Assembly: GCA_046092945.1 (NCBI GenBank)
Contig: JBJTEQ010000250.1
Coordinates: forward strand, 1-42,108
Length of the DNA stretch: 42,108 bases
Origin: Candidatus Kapaibacterium sp.
GTDB lineage: Bacteria; Bacteroidota; Ignavibacteria; Kapaibacteriales; Kapaibacteriaceae
Reading direction: 5' to 3'
Part shown: piece after piece, positions 1-8,245 of the stretch
Layout: each line of letters begins with the position of its first letter
How positions within the stretch are numbered: position 1 is the stretch's first letter
Position numbers and translations under genes: made by a program
Notes under the pieces: model-generated
What the model saw: the letters and a program-made list of their open reading frames with translations, nothing else
What the model was told of the DNA's origin: nothing
Database searches by the model: none

Positions 1-222
1 GCCAACATGGTCGACGCAGCACTGGTGTCGCCACTGGGCTATGGTATGGGCGTCGGACGTGTAGCTGGCAAGATCAAGGCTGCCCTCCGAAAACGATGCG
101 CCATAGACGTTGGTATAGTCCTGCAGCGCAACGCAGGGTCCACCCACGATGCGATAATCTACACGTCCGACGCCCATACCATAGCCCAGTGGCGACACCA
201 GTGCTGCGTCGACCATGTTGGC
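1..222. repeat. Perfect 62-bp inverted repeat (arms 1..62 and 161..222) with a 98-bp spacer, starting exactly at window position 1
   Basis: The reverse complement of 1..62 (gccaacatggtcgacgcagcactggtgtcgccactgggctatggtatgggcgtcggacgtgt) is identical to 161..222 (acacgtccgacgcccatacc...gaccatgttggc). The spacer 63..160 is not palindromic. Confidence 0.95.
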
Positions 223-348
223 GAAGAGCAGCTCGCCGCATTCTTCAAGTGTGGCGGTGCGCACTTCGATGCCGACCTCGGCACAGACACTCGCAAGGTT
301 GGCCAGTAGGGGACTGGCAAGCTCCAGATTTGGAACGGCGATTCTCAT
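1..348 (-). CDS. MqnA/MqnD-family (futalosine-pathway menaquinone biosynthesis, periplasmic-binding-protein-like fold) protein, N-terminal part; runs off the window edge
   Basis: My own minus-strand translation from ATG at 348..346 gives MRIAVPNLELASPLLANLASVCAEVGIEVRTATLEECGELLFANMVDAALVSPLGYGMGVGRVDYRIVGGPCVALQ... The pattern (P-x-L-x-x-x-P-L ... hydrophobic-D-A-A-L-V-S-P-L-x-Y) resembles MqnA/MqnD proteins. The start overlaps the upstream stop in TGATG. The last 62 nt (1..62) are an inverted copy of 161..222, so the translation there is not trustworthy. Confidence 0.45.
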   Translation of the reverse strand, partial: MRIAVPNLELASPLLANLASVCAEVGIEVRTATLEECGELLFANMVDAALVSPLGYGMGVGRVDYRIVGGPCVALQDYTNVYGASFSEGSLDLASYTSDAHTIAQWRHQCCVDHVG

Positions 349-887
349 CAGTGGGTCTCTCGGTATCGTGCAGTGATCGAGGAAAGCAGAACGCCGGCAG
401 CAACCGAAACGTTCAGGGAGTGTTTCGTGCCATACATCGGAATCTCCAGGGCGAGGTCGCATTGGCGCACCATCTCGTCGGGAACACCGGTGAGTTCATT
501 GCCGAGAATCAGCACAAGCGGAAACTCCTCAGGTGTGAGAGAGCCGGCCTGGCGAGACCCTTCGGCGATCTCTGCGGCGGCAATGGTGCACCCTTCCGCA
601 CGCAGCTGCTGGAAAAGCTCGGACGTCGATGGATGATAGGAGTGCGGAACGATCTGCTCGGCACCGAGTGCGGTCTTGGAGATCTCGGGACGCGGTGGGC
701 AGGGAGTAAAACCCGTCAGGTACACATGTTCCACGGCAAAGGCGTCGGCCGTGCGGAAGATCGAACCGACATTGTACAGACTCCTGATGTCGTGGAGGAC
801 CAGCCGGATGGGGTGACGCTTTGCTTGACGTGCCTCGTCGGGCGTCAGCCGCCGGTGGACCAGTTCTTCATGTGTGAGCTTCCGCAC
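348..887 (-). CDS. SpoU/TrmH-family RNA 2'-O-methyltransferase
   Basis: 179 aa with the three SpoU-family motifs: NVGSIFRTADAF, LILGNELTGVP, EIPMYGTKHSLNVSVAAGVLL. GTG start at 887. Confidence 0.85.
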   Translation of the reverse strand: MRKLTHEELVHRRLTPDEARQAKRHPIRLVLHDIRSLYNVGSIFRTADAFAVEHVYLTGFTPCPPRPEISKTALGAEQIVPHSYHPSTSELFQQLRAEGCTIAAAEIAEGSRQAGSLTPEEFPLVLILGNELTGVPDEMVRQCDLALEIPMYGTKHSLNVSVAAGVLLSSITARYRETH

Positions 888-913
888 ATGCGAATATCGT
901 AGTTTCCCACCGC

Positions 914-1786
914 ATGAACCGTCGCCATTTCCTCGTCACCACACTTGCTACCGTGCCCCTTTCCATGAAGGGGTGGGCCCGAATGCTTGGTCCGCAGGAG
1001 TTCGCATTTCTCGTGATCGGCGATTGGGGAGCAGGCGGTCCGCTGCAGAAGCGTGTTGCCGACGCTATGGTTCGTGTAGCCACCAAAACAAAGGCCTCGT
1101 TCGTGGTGAGTACGGGAGATAACATCTATCCCGACGGCGTCAATTCGGATAGTGACCCGCAGTGGAAGACCAAGTTCGAACGCGTTTATGAAAAGCTGGC
1201 TCTTCCGTGGTGGGCAGTGCTGGGTAACCACGATCATCGCGGCAATCCTGATGCACAGATCTCGTACGCCAAGCGCAATCCCAAATGGAACATGCCCGGA
1301 CGCACCTGGCGCAATGATGTTCAGCTGGGGTCTGGCGAAGCGCTCGCAATCCTTGGGCTTGACACAACACCGATGATGCAGGGGGCTGAGGGCTGGCGCA
1401 AGCAGCTCGAGTGGCTGGATGCCTCGCTCACGTCGAAGCCGGCGTCAATGAGCATTGTGGTCGGACATCATCCGATGCGGAGCTATGGACATTACGGCGA
1501 TAGCTCTGTTCTGGTGAAGAACTTGAAGCCCCTTCTCGACAAGCATCGCGTTCGGCTATACATGTGCGGGCATGAGCACGATATGCAGCTGATTCGCAAC
1601 CCCGATGACCAGTTCTCGTGTCTTGTGTCAGGGGCAGGGGGCGGGGCACGCCCCACACGGATGGGGGCACATTCCAAGATTGCGTATACTGACGGCGGTT
1701 ATGCCTGTGTACGAGCAAGCGGTTCGGAACTTTCCGTTGAGCTCTTTGATTCAGGTGGAACATCGAAAGGACGATTTACTCTGTGA
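914..1786 (+). CDS. Purple acid phosphatase-like (ACP5/tartrate-resistant type) metallophosphoesterase with twin-arginine signal
   Basis: The N-terminus MNRRHFLVTTLATVPLSMKG is Tat-like (RRxFL). Metallophosphoesterase motifs are present: GDWG, GDNIY, GNHD, VVGHHP, GHEHD. Confidence 0.85.
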   Translation: MNRRHFLVTTLATVPLSMKGWARMLGPQEFAFLVIGDWGAGGPLQKRVADAMVRVATKTKASFVVSTGDNIYPDGVNSDSDPQWKTKFERVYEKLALPWWAVLGNHDHRGNPDAQISYAKRNPKWNMPGRTWRNDVQLGSGEALAILGLDTTPMMQGAEGWRKQLEWLDASLTSKPASMSIVVGHHPMRSYGHYGDSSVLVKNLKPLLDKHRVRLYMCGHEHDMQLIRNPDDQFSCLVSGAGGGARPTRMGAHSKIAYTDGGYACVRASGSELSVELFDSGGTSKGRFTL

Positions 1787-4700
1787 GATGCACCTCGCGC
1801 ATACTTTTTACAACCTGCACAATCCTCGTTGCAGGGGCACTGCTGTGTTCGGCGCAGGTTGTTCCGGACAGTAAGGGCCGTGACTTCTGGCTGACATTTC
1901 TGCCGAACTTCCACAATAACGAATCGAACCTTTCTGCGGCAGAGCGATTAGAGCACGAGCTTCAGATCTACATCGCCGCTGAGCGTCCGACAAAGGGAAC
2001 AATTTCCTGGCGCAGGCGCGATGGAACAACACAGTCGCAGGCCTTCACGATCAGCGACGTTCGCAACATCTATCGCTTTGCGACATTCTATCAAGGAATC
2101 GAGCTGAAGGGATTCTCTGGCAGTGGTGCACCCCTTGATTTTGTGAACTCTCAGAACGAGACGCCAGCGCCACAGCATTTCCGAGTTCAGGCCGATGACG
2201 ATGTAACGGTATATGCACTGAACCAGGCGCCCCTTACCAGCGAGGCATTTCTCGTTCTCCCGACAGATGCTCTTGCCGAGGATTATGTGGTGATGTCCTA
2301 TGACACCGATGTCGGTTCGAATACCAACTCGAATGTCAACTCGGCTACCACCCCTTCGCAGTTCGCTATTGTCGCCACTGACGACAGCACTGACGTGACG
2401 GTGCGTCCTTCGGTTCCGACGATCAAGAATGCAACCGCTGCAGCTGTTACGGTCCGGCTGAATAGGGGTGAATCGTATCTCGTGCAAGCTGATCCGCGCA
2501 AGAATATTCGTGGCGACCTTACCGGATCGATCATCCGGGGCAGCAAACCTGTTGCCGTGTTTGCAGGGCAGACCCGTGCCACAGTGCCCATCGAACTTCG
2601 GGCAAGTCTGCAGTCACGCGACTGTCTTATCGAACAGATGAATCCGGTGCAGACGTGGGGTAAGAGCGCGTTTGTGACCCCCTTTGCACAACCGTCCGAC
2701 GACCAGCAAGTGGGCTACGATGTGTTTCGCGTTGTGGCAGCCTTTGACTCCACGGAGGTCTTCGTGAATGAACAGCGCCGAGCAATGCTTATGGAGGGAG
2801 AGTTCTATCAGGATAAGCTGCTTGGTGCGTATGAGATCACGACAACCCGCCCGACGTTAACGGCGCAGCTTAAAAAGACCTCAGGGATTCCAAACAGCTT
2901 TCCGTCACCCTCCGACACGTCGAGATATGGCGATCCGCTGATGATGCTCGTGCCACCGGCAGAGCAGTTCATGGACTCCTACCGATTCGTCAGTATCCAA
3001 TCATACACGTATAATCAAGTAGGTGCTCGGTTTGTCGTTGCCGATTCGGTTTACAAGGAACAGTGGTTGAATGTGGTGATCCCGGACGAGGGAATTGCCT
3101 CGCTGCAGCTGGATGGGAAAAGTGTGCCGGCGAATCTCTTCAAACCAATCGCATCGTCTGGGTTTAGCTACGCCAACATTCAGATGCGGGATGGGGTGCA
3201 CAACATCTCCTCTGACACCTTGTTTGGCATCTATGTCTATGGATATGGAGGTGCTGTTTCCTACGGATACATCGGCGGCATGGCCTTCCGACCACTGGAT
3301 GTATTCCCGCCGGTGTTTCTTGGAACGATTCAGTGTGGAGGTTTCCGTGGACGAATCGCTGATTCTGTCCTCTCGGATACCAAGGTGCGGTCTATAACGG
3401 TGGTCCCGGGCTCGGATACCAATACCGTTCTCGAAGTTCCTCGCTTCAATCCGCCACAGGCCATCGTCCCGTTTTCGGTGAGACTGCAGGATGACTATCT
3501 CGACGGCAGCATCAGTATCGAAGCAATTGATGGCGTCCAGCAGAAGAATAATCAGACGATCCGTCTGGCCGGTTTCACCGTTGCACCTTTGGGAGCCCGT
3601 CAGAACCGAACGCTTGTGACGCGCGGATCCGTCGTTGCTGTTGGCCGTGAACGATGCGACTCCATGGAGATCGAGAACTACGGGGCGTATCCTCGCACGT
3701 TTACCGCATCCTTCACCGGTGCATCGCGTGTGGATGAACCTCAGCCCATGACACTGCAACCCGGCGAGCGTCGCATGCTGCGATATTGTCGAAGGGGAAC
3801 GGCTCCCCAGCTGACGCTTGATACGCTGGTGTTCAGTGATTCCTGTCTGCGACGTCCGGTTGCCGAGATGACATTCGAGGAGAAGCAGGATAAGCAGGGG
3901 CCAACAATCCAGAACAAATCCGTTGCCTGCGATAGCATTGTCCGGATCGCGATTTATGATGAAAGTTCCTCTGACCTTGGCCTGCAGGATGTGCGTATCC
4001 TGGACTCGGTTCTGGTGAATTGCACGGTTGATACCGCGATCAACAAGCCCCTTGAGAAGGAGTTCAATGTTCGACTTCTTCAGCCATACCGGGATGCGAT
4101 CTATGGCTTCGAGGCAACGGACTCGGCTGGCAATGTGTCGCGACGCATCGACACGATTCCGGGGTTCATGATGTCGATAGGGGGCTCCCTGGATCCGGTG
4201 ATCCGTCACCCGATGGGTATGCACTCAATCGGAAGCGTCGTCTGCGACACCCTGGAACTTCAGAATGTCGGCCTTACAGCGCATACGTTCTCGAATGTGT
4301 TCATTTACGGGAACACCGTGTTCAGCGTTCCGCAGTCGCAGTTCGAGATTGCTGTGACCCCATCCGGACGCAGCGCGCTCATCGTGTGCTTCTCACCAAC
4401 AGTGGCCGACACATCAAAAACGCTGTATGACACGCTCGACTTCGAGGCAAACTGTCTAGTTCGGCGGGTCATCCTTTCCGGACGCGGCAGTGGCAAGGGC
4501 TACCAGGGCATTAGCCGGTGCGATGCGCCAGTGAATGTTGTGTCGCGACGTCTGGGACGCCCCCTGATAGCACCGCAGCCGGCAAACGATGTGGTCGTCA
4601 TCAGTTTTGGTGATGCCAATGTTCGCGCCTGCACCGTCCGCCTTGTAGACCTTATGGGAGCGGTTGTTTGGGAACGGTCGTGGTCCGGCGAGCCAACCTC

Positions 4701-4800
4701 TGCCGTGTCGATCGACTGTTCCGACGTGCCCAATGGACACTACGGGTGCCAGATCATTACCGACCAGACCCAGGTTGTTCCTCTGGTCATAGCGCGCTAA
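1783..4800 (+). CDS. Large secreted protein: IgGFc-binding-protein-N-terminal-like domain, then Ig-like beta-sandwich domains, then T9SS C-terminal sorting domain
   Basis: Signal peptide MRCTSRILFTTCTILVAGALLCSAQ. The GRDFWLTFLPNF opening, YGDPLMMLVPPAEQF and the GIYVYGYGGAVSYGYIGGMAF ending (nt ~1861..3290) are typical of the IgGFc_binding N-terminal family. The C-terminal ~80 aa (NDVVVISF...VRLVDLMGAVV...NGHYGCQIITDQTQVVPLVIAR) look like a T9SS type A tail. The GTG start overlaps the upstream stop (GTGA). Confidence 0.7.
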   Translation: MRCTSRILFTTCTILVAGALLCSAQVVPDSKGRDFWLTFLPNFHNNESNLSAAERLEHELQIYIAAERPTKGTISWRRRDGTTQSQAFTISDVRNIYRFATFYQGIELKGFSGSGAPLDFVNSQNETPAPQHFRVQADDDVTVYALNQAPLTSEAFLVLPTDALAEDYVVMSYDTDVGSNTNSNVNSATTPSQFAIVATDDSTDVTVRPSVPTIKNATAAAVTVRLNRGESYLVQADPRKNIRGDLTGSIIRGSKPVAVFAGQTRATVPIELRASLQSRDCLIEQMNPVQTWGKSAFVTPFAQPSDDQQVGYDVFRVVAAFDSTEVFVNEQRRAMLMEGEFYQDKLLGAYEITTTRPTLTAQLKKTSGIPNSFPSPSDTSRYGDPLMMLVPPAEQFMDSYRFVSIQSYTYNQVGARFVVADSVYKEQWLNVVIPDEGIASLQLDGKSVPANLFKPIASSGFSYANIQMRDGVHNISSDTLFGIYVYGYGGAVSYGYIGGMAFRPLDVFPPVFLGTIQCGGFRGRIADSVLSDTKVRSITVVPGSDTNTVLEVPRFNPPQAIVPFSVRLQDDYLDGSISIEAIDGVQQKNNQTIRLAGFTVAPLGARQNRTLVTRGSVVAVGRERCDSMEIENYGAYPRTFTASFTGASRVDEPQPMTLQPGERRMLRYCRRGTAPQLTLDTLVFSDSCLRRPVAEMTFEEKQDKQGPTIQNKSVACDSIVRIAIYDESSSDLGLQDVRILDSVLVNCTVDTAINKPLEKEFNVRLLQPYRDAIYGFEATDSAGNVSRRIDTIPGFMMSIGGSLDPVIRHPMGMHSIGSVVCDTLELQNVGLTAHTFSNVFIYGNTVFSVPQSQFEIAVTPSGRSALIVCFSPTVADTSKTLYDTLDFEANCLVRRVILSGRGSGKGYQGISRCDAPVNVVSRRLGRPLIAPQPANDVVVISFGDANVRACTVRLVDLMGAVVWERSWSGEPTSAVSIDCSDVPNGHYGCQIITDQTQVVPLVIAR

Positions 4801-4849
4801 CGCACACTGCGCACACCACCTGACCGTCATACGTGGGGTTTCCTTTCCG

Positions 4850-4857
4850 TAGTTTTG
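4850..4857 (+). promoter_or_regulatory. Candidate Bacteroidetes-type -7 promoter box (TAGTTTTG = TAnnTTTG) upstream of the S41 peptidase gene
   Basis: Exact match to TAnnTTTG in an 80-bp intergenic region, 24 nt upstream of the ATG at 4881. I saw no clear -33 TTG. Confidence 0.3.
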
Positions 4858-4880
4858 CGACTTCCCACGTCGGACCATTC

Positions 4881-6494
4881 ATGAAACATCTCTCTTTGCG
4901 CCTATCGGTGCTGGCAGCCATAGCTGTTGTCGTTGGTATTGGAATAGGCTTTGTTGTCCAGCCCGTCATGTCGGGCGATTCGGTCATGGACCAGACGAGA
5001 AAGTTCTCGGACGTCCTTTCAATGGCCGTGAAGAACTACGTCGAGGAAGTCGACACGCAGAAGCTGACCGAGGCCGCCATTCGCGGCATGCTCGAAGAGC
5101 TGGATCCGCATTCCGTGTACATCACGGCCAAGGAAATGGTAAAGGTCGAAGAAGATTTCCGCGGTTCGTTTGATGGGATTGGGGTGGAGTTCGACGTTAT
5201 CAGCGATACGATTACGGTGGTGACGCCGATCATCGGTGGACCCAGCGAGGCGCTCGGAATCATGGCCGGTGACAAGATCGTGAAGATCAATGATACGTCC
5301 GCGGTGAAGACAACACGCGAGCAGGTTCCGAAGAAGCTCCGCGGACCAAAGGGAACGGTCGTTAAGCTGCACATCAAGCGTGCAGGTCAGCCGGATCTTC
5401 TGGTGTATGAAGTCACTCGTGACAAGATCCCCGTCAACTCCGTTGACGCCTCCTTCATGATCGACGGTACGGATGTGGGATACATCGTTGTTAATCGTTT
5501 CAGTGCAACAACGCACGATGAGGTGATGAACGCTGCGCGAACGCTGAAGGCGCAGGGGATGAAGAAGCTCCTCTTCGACCTTCGCTACAACGGTGGTGGC
5601 TTCCTGGATCAGGCATTCAAGATCTCTGATGAGTTCATTCCTGATGGCAACAAGCTCGTTTACACGAAGGGACGTCGTCCGGAGTTTGATGAAGACTTCT
5701 GGTCTTCTCCCGGAGGTGCTCTCGAGAATATCCCGCTGATCGTTATGATCAACAATGGCTCTGCCTCAGCCAGCGAGATCGTCTCCGGTGCTGTTCAAGA
5801 TCTTGATCGCGGACTCGTCGTCGGTGAAACATCATTTGGCAAGGGGCTTGTCCAGCGCCAGTATCCTCTTGGCGATGGTTCGGCATTCCGCCTGACGATC
5901 TCGCGCTATTACACGCCATCCGGTCGACTGATCCAGCGTCCATACGGTGATAAGGATAAGTACTACTCCGGCGAAGGCCGTGAGAATGGTGAAGAGGGCG
6001 ATAACATCGATCACAAGACCGACGACACAACAAAGTCCCGTCCGAAGTTCAAGACCGCTGGCGGACGCATGGTGTATGGTGGTGGTGGTATCATGCCAGA
6101 TTACATCGTGAAGCAGGATACCATTGTGCCCCTTTCCCGAAAGCTGCGTGCAAAGAATCTCTTCTGGGAAACAGCCGATCAGATCATGCGTTTGCGCGGC
6201 AAGGACATTCGTTCTACCTACGGCAGCGACATGAAGAAGTTCCTACGGGAGTTCGCGATCTCCGATGCAGATGTTGCCACACTGAAGCAGCTTGCCGAAT
6301 CAAAGAAAGTGGAGTGGAGCGAGGACGAGTACAAGACAGATGCAGACTACCTGCGTCTTGCAATCAAGGCGTACGTTGGACGAACGGTCTTTAACAACAA
6401 TGGCTTTACGTCCGTGATGATCGGTGCAGACAAGCAGATCAAGAAAGCGCTTACGTTGTTTCCGGAAGCTGCCCGAATCGCTAAGATTCGATAA
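4881..6494 (+). CDS. S41-family C-terminal processing peptidase (tail-specific protease, PDZ-containing)
   Basis: Signal/TM segment MKHLSLRLSVLAAIAVVVGIGIGFVV. PDZ segment GGPSEALGIMAGDKIVKIND. S41 catalytic region LRYNGGGFLDQA ... NNGSASASEIVSGAVQDLDRGLVVGETSFGKG. I prefer ATG 4881 over the ORF-track start 4833. Confidence 0.9.
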   Translation: MKHLSLRLSVLAAIAVVVGIGIGFVVQPVMSGDSVMDQTRKFSDVLSMAVKNYVEEVDTQKLTEAAIRGMLEELDPHSVYITAKEMVKVEEDFRGSFDGIGVEFDVISDTITVVTPIIGGPSEALGIMAGDKIVKINDTSAVKTTREQVPKKLRGPKGTVVKLHIKRAGQPDLLVYEVTRDKIPVNSVDASFMIDGTDVGYIVVNRFSATTHDEVMNAARTLKAQGMKKLLFDLRYNGGGFLDQAFKISDEFIPDGNKLVYTKGRRPEFDEDFWSSPGGALENIPLIVMINNGSASASEIVSGAVQDLDRGLVVGETSFGKGLVQRQYPLGDGSAFRLTISRYYTPSGRLIQRPYGDKDKYYSGEGRENGEEGDNIDHKTDDTTKSRPKFKTAGGRMVYGGGGIMPDYIVKQDTIVPLSRKLRAKNLFWETADQIMRLRGKDIRSTYGSDMKKFLREFAISDADVATLKQLAESKKVEWSEDEYKTDADYLRLAIKAYVGRTVFNNNGFTSVMIGADKQIKKALTLFPEAARIAKIR

Positions 6495-6530
6495 CACGCC
6501 GATTTACTAAAACCATTAACTTTTGTGCGT

Positions 6531-7319
6531 ATGACTCGGCACCTCGTAATGTTTTGTCTGTTTGTTCTCACACTTTTCGGTGGACAGCAGAGTTCAGCCC
6601 AGGAGATCATTTATCCCGGCGAGGAAATGGTCTACCGTGTGTCCTATCTCAACTTTACGCTCGGAACCATCCGCACTGTAACCGAAGGATTCACCGTACG
6701 AAATGGCGAGCGCGTTGCCAAGGTGAAAGTGTTCATCAAGTCGAGCCCGAGTATCCCATTCGTGTCCCTCAACTCAATCTACGAGTCGTGGATGGATACC
6801 TCGATCACGTATTCGCGGCACTTTACCGCGAACACCGAAGTCGATGACGGAAAGTGGGAGTTTGATCAGTACGTGTTGAATTACCCAGAGCGATCACTTG
6901 TGATGGACAAGTTTCGCGACAAGCAGAAGATTGGAAGCAAATCCTACACGATAGCAAAGAAGTACAACGACGGTAGCTCGATCCTCTATGCCGCCCGCTC
7001 TCTTGTGAGTGCAAAGAAGACCATTCGTCTGCCGACCATCATCATGGATGATACGGTGAATACCGTTGTGAACTGTCGCGGAGCAAAGAGCTCCGTGGAG
7101 ATCGACGCGGTGAAGTACCCCGTGAAGACACTTTATCTCGATGGTATAGCGAACTGGACTGGTATCTACGGGCTTAGCGGAAACTTCGAAGGATGGTTCA
7201 GCGACGATGTGGCACGAGTTCCGATCAAGGCCAAAATGAAGGTCTATGTGGGGTCAGTGACCATTGAGCTGCAGTCATGGAAACGGGGCTCATGGCAGCC
7301 CCCTCGCGGCGACTCCTAA
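6531..7319 (+). CDS. Secreted DUF3108-like protein
   Basis: Signal peptide MTRHLVMFCLFVLTLFGGQQSSAQE, followed by GEEMVYRVSYLNFTLGTIRT, which resembles the DUF3108 N-terminal signature. Size ~260 aa. Family assignment is from memory only. Confidence 0.5.
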   Translation: MTRHLVMFCLFVLTLFGGQQSSAQEIIYPGEEMVYRVSYLNFTLGTIRTVTEGFTVRNGERVAKVKVFIKSSPSIPFVSLNSIYESWMDTSITYSRHFTANTEVDDGKWEFDQYVLNYPERSLVMDKFRDKQKIGSKSYTIAKKYNDGSSILYAARSLVSAKKTIRLPTIIMDDTVNTVVNCRGAKSSVEIDAVKYPVKTLYLDGIANWTGIYGLSGNFEGWFSDDVARVPIKAKMKVYVGSVTIELQSWKRGSWQPPRGDS

Positions 7320-7322
7320 TCG

Positions 7323-8240
7323 ATGCGGTTTCTGGTCATTGACGGCGGTGGCACCAGCACTGATGTTGCGGTGTGCGATGGAGTCACCATTGCAGCCCGG
7401 TCCTCTCTGCCGACAGTAAAGCCGGCAGCAGGAAACCCCAAGACGGACGAACTCTGCCGAATGCTTGGTTCTTTCCTGGCAACGAGCCCGGTTGACCACA
7501 CCGAAGAAGCCCCTTTGCATGCTGTCGTCATCGGCATGGCTGGCATCTGGTCCGATGCGGAGCGATATTCCTACCGACAAGCGTTGCGTGATTCGTGGCA
7601 GACCTATGTGTCGCCGTCGATGATTCCCTTTGTCGTGATGTCCGATGCTGAGCTCGCGTTGACCTCGGCACATGTGAATAGTCAGGGGGCGATACTGATC
7701 GCCGGAACCGGGTCGATTATGCTCATGCGAGATAGCGAGCAACATCTTCACCGATGTGGAGGATGGGGGCCGCTGATTGATGATGCCGGAGGCGGATACT
7801 GGCTGGGTCAGCAAGCCTGCGCTGCAGTGGCGCGGATGCTTGACGGACGCGGTCCATCGACGCAGCTGATCCGTCCTGTTGCTGCATATCTGCGCGTTGA
7901 CTCCTCTGATCACAACGCCGTGCGCAATGCCCTGCGAATAACATCCTCATCGGCCTTCGCACGGATCGGGTCTGCTGTTCTGCAGTATGCCGATGAACTT
8001 GATGCCGTAGCGCTCGACATTCGTGAGCAGGGGGCTCGCGAACTGGCACTGTTACTTTCTTCATTGGAGAAGACGGTTGACGTAACCGTCTACGGTTCAC
8101 TGATGCGAAATGAATCCTACCGCAGTGGCGTTATGCGCTATTCTCAGCGCACGCTGACGTTGATGGAGGATGTTGTCGCCTCACTTGTCAGCAAGATCGG
8201 ACGTGCCGATACGCTTCCACCGGCACTCGCTCAAGACTGA
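7323..8240 (+). CDS. BadF/BadG/BcrA/BcrD-type ATPase, N-acetylglucosamine-kinase-like
   Basis: ASKHA-fold motifs VIDGGGTSTDVAV, IAGTGSI, GGWGPLIDDAGGGYWLG. Confidence 0.7.
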   Translation: MRFLVIDGGGTSTDVAVCDGVTIAARSSLPTVKPAAGNPKTDELCRMLGSFLATSPVDHTEEAPLHAVVIGMAGIWSDAERYSYRQALRDSWQTYVSPSMIPFVVMSDAELALTSAHVNSQGAILIAGTGSIMLMRDSEQHLHRCGGWGPLIDDAGGGYWLGQQACAAVARMLDGRGPSTQLIRPVAAYLRVDSSDHNAVRNALRITSSSAFARIGSAVLQYADELDAVALDIREQGARELALLLSSLEKTVDVTVYGSLMRNESYRSGVMRYSQRTLTLMEDVVASLVSKIGRADTLPPALAQD

Positions 8241-8245
8241 CGCTA

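Noticed and set aside
96-902. 268-aa plus-strand ORF (and 7..309) overlapping the SpoU and MqnA-like genes
   Set aside because: The opposite strand carries proteins with clear family motifs. This translation is Arg/Cys/Trp-rich nonsense. The 7..309 ORF also partly reads the inverted-repeat artefact.
3001-4224. 407-aa ORF on the minus strand inside the 1783..4800 gene
   Set aside because: It lies entirely antisense to a gene with clear domain signatures. Its translation is Arg/His/Ile-rich with no motifs or signal, which is typical of a stop-free antisense frame in GC-rich coding DNA.
7290-7913. 207-aa minus-strand ORF antisense to the BadF-type ATPase gene
   Set aside because: No motifs and an Arg/Ser/Pro-rich translation. 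The plus strand encodes clear ASKHA-fold motifs.
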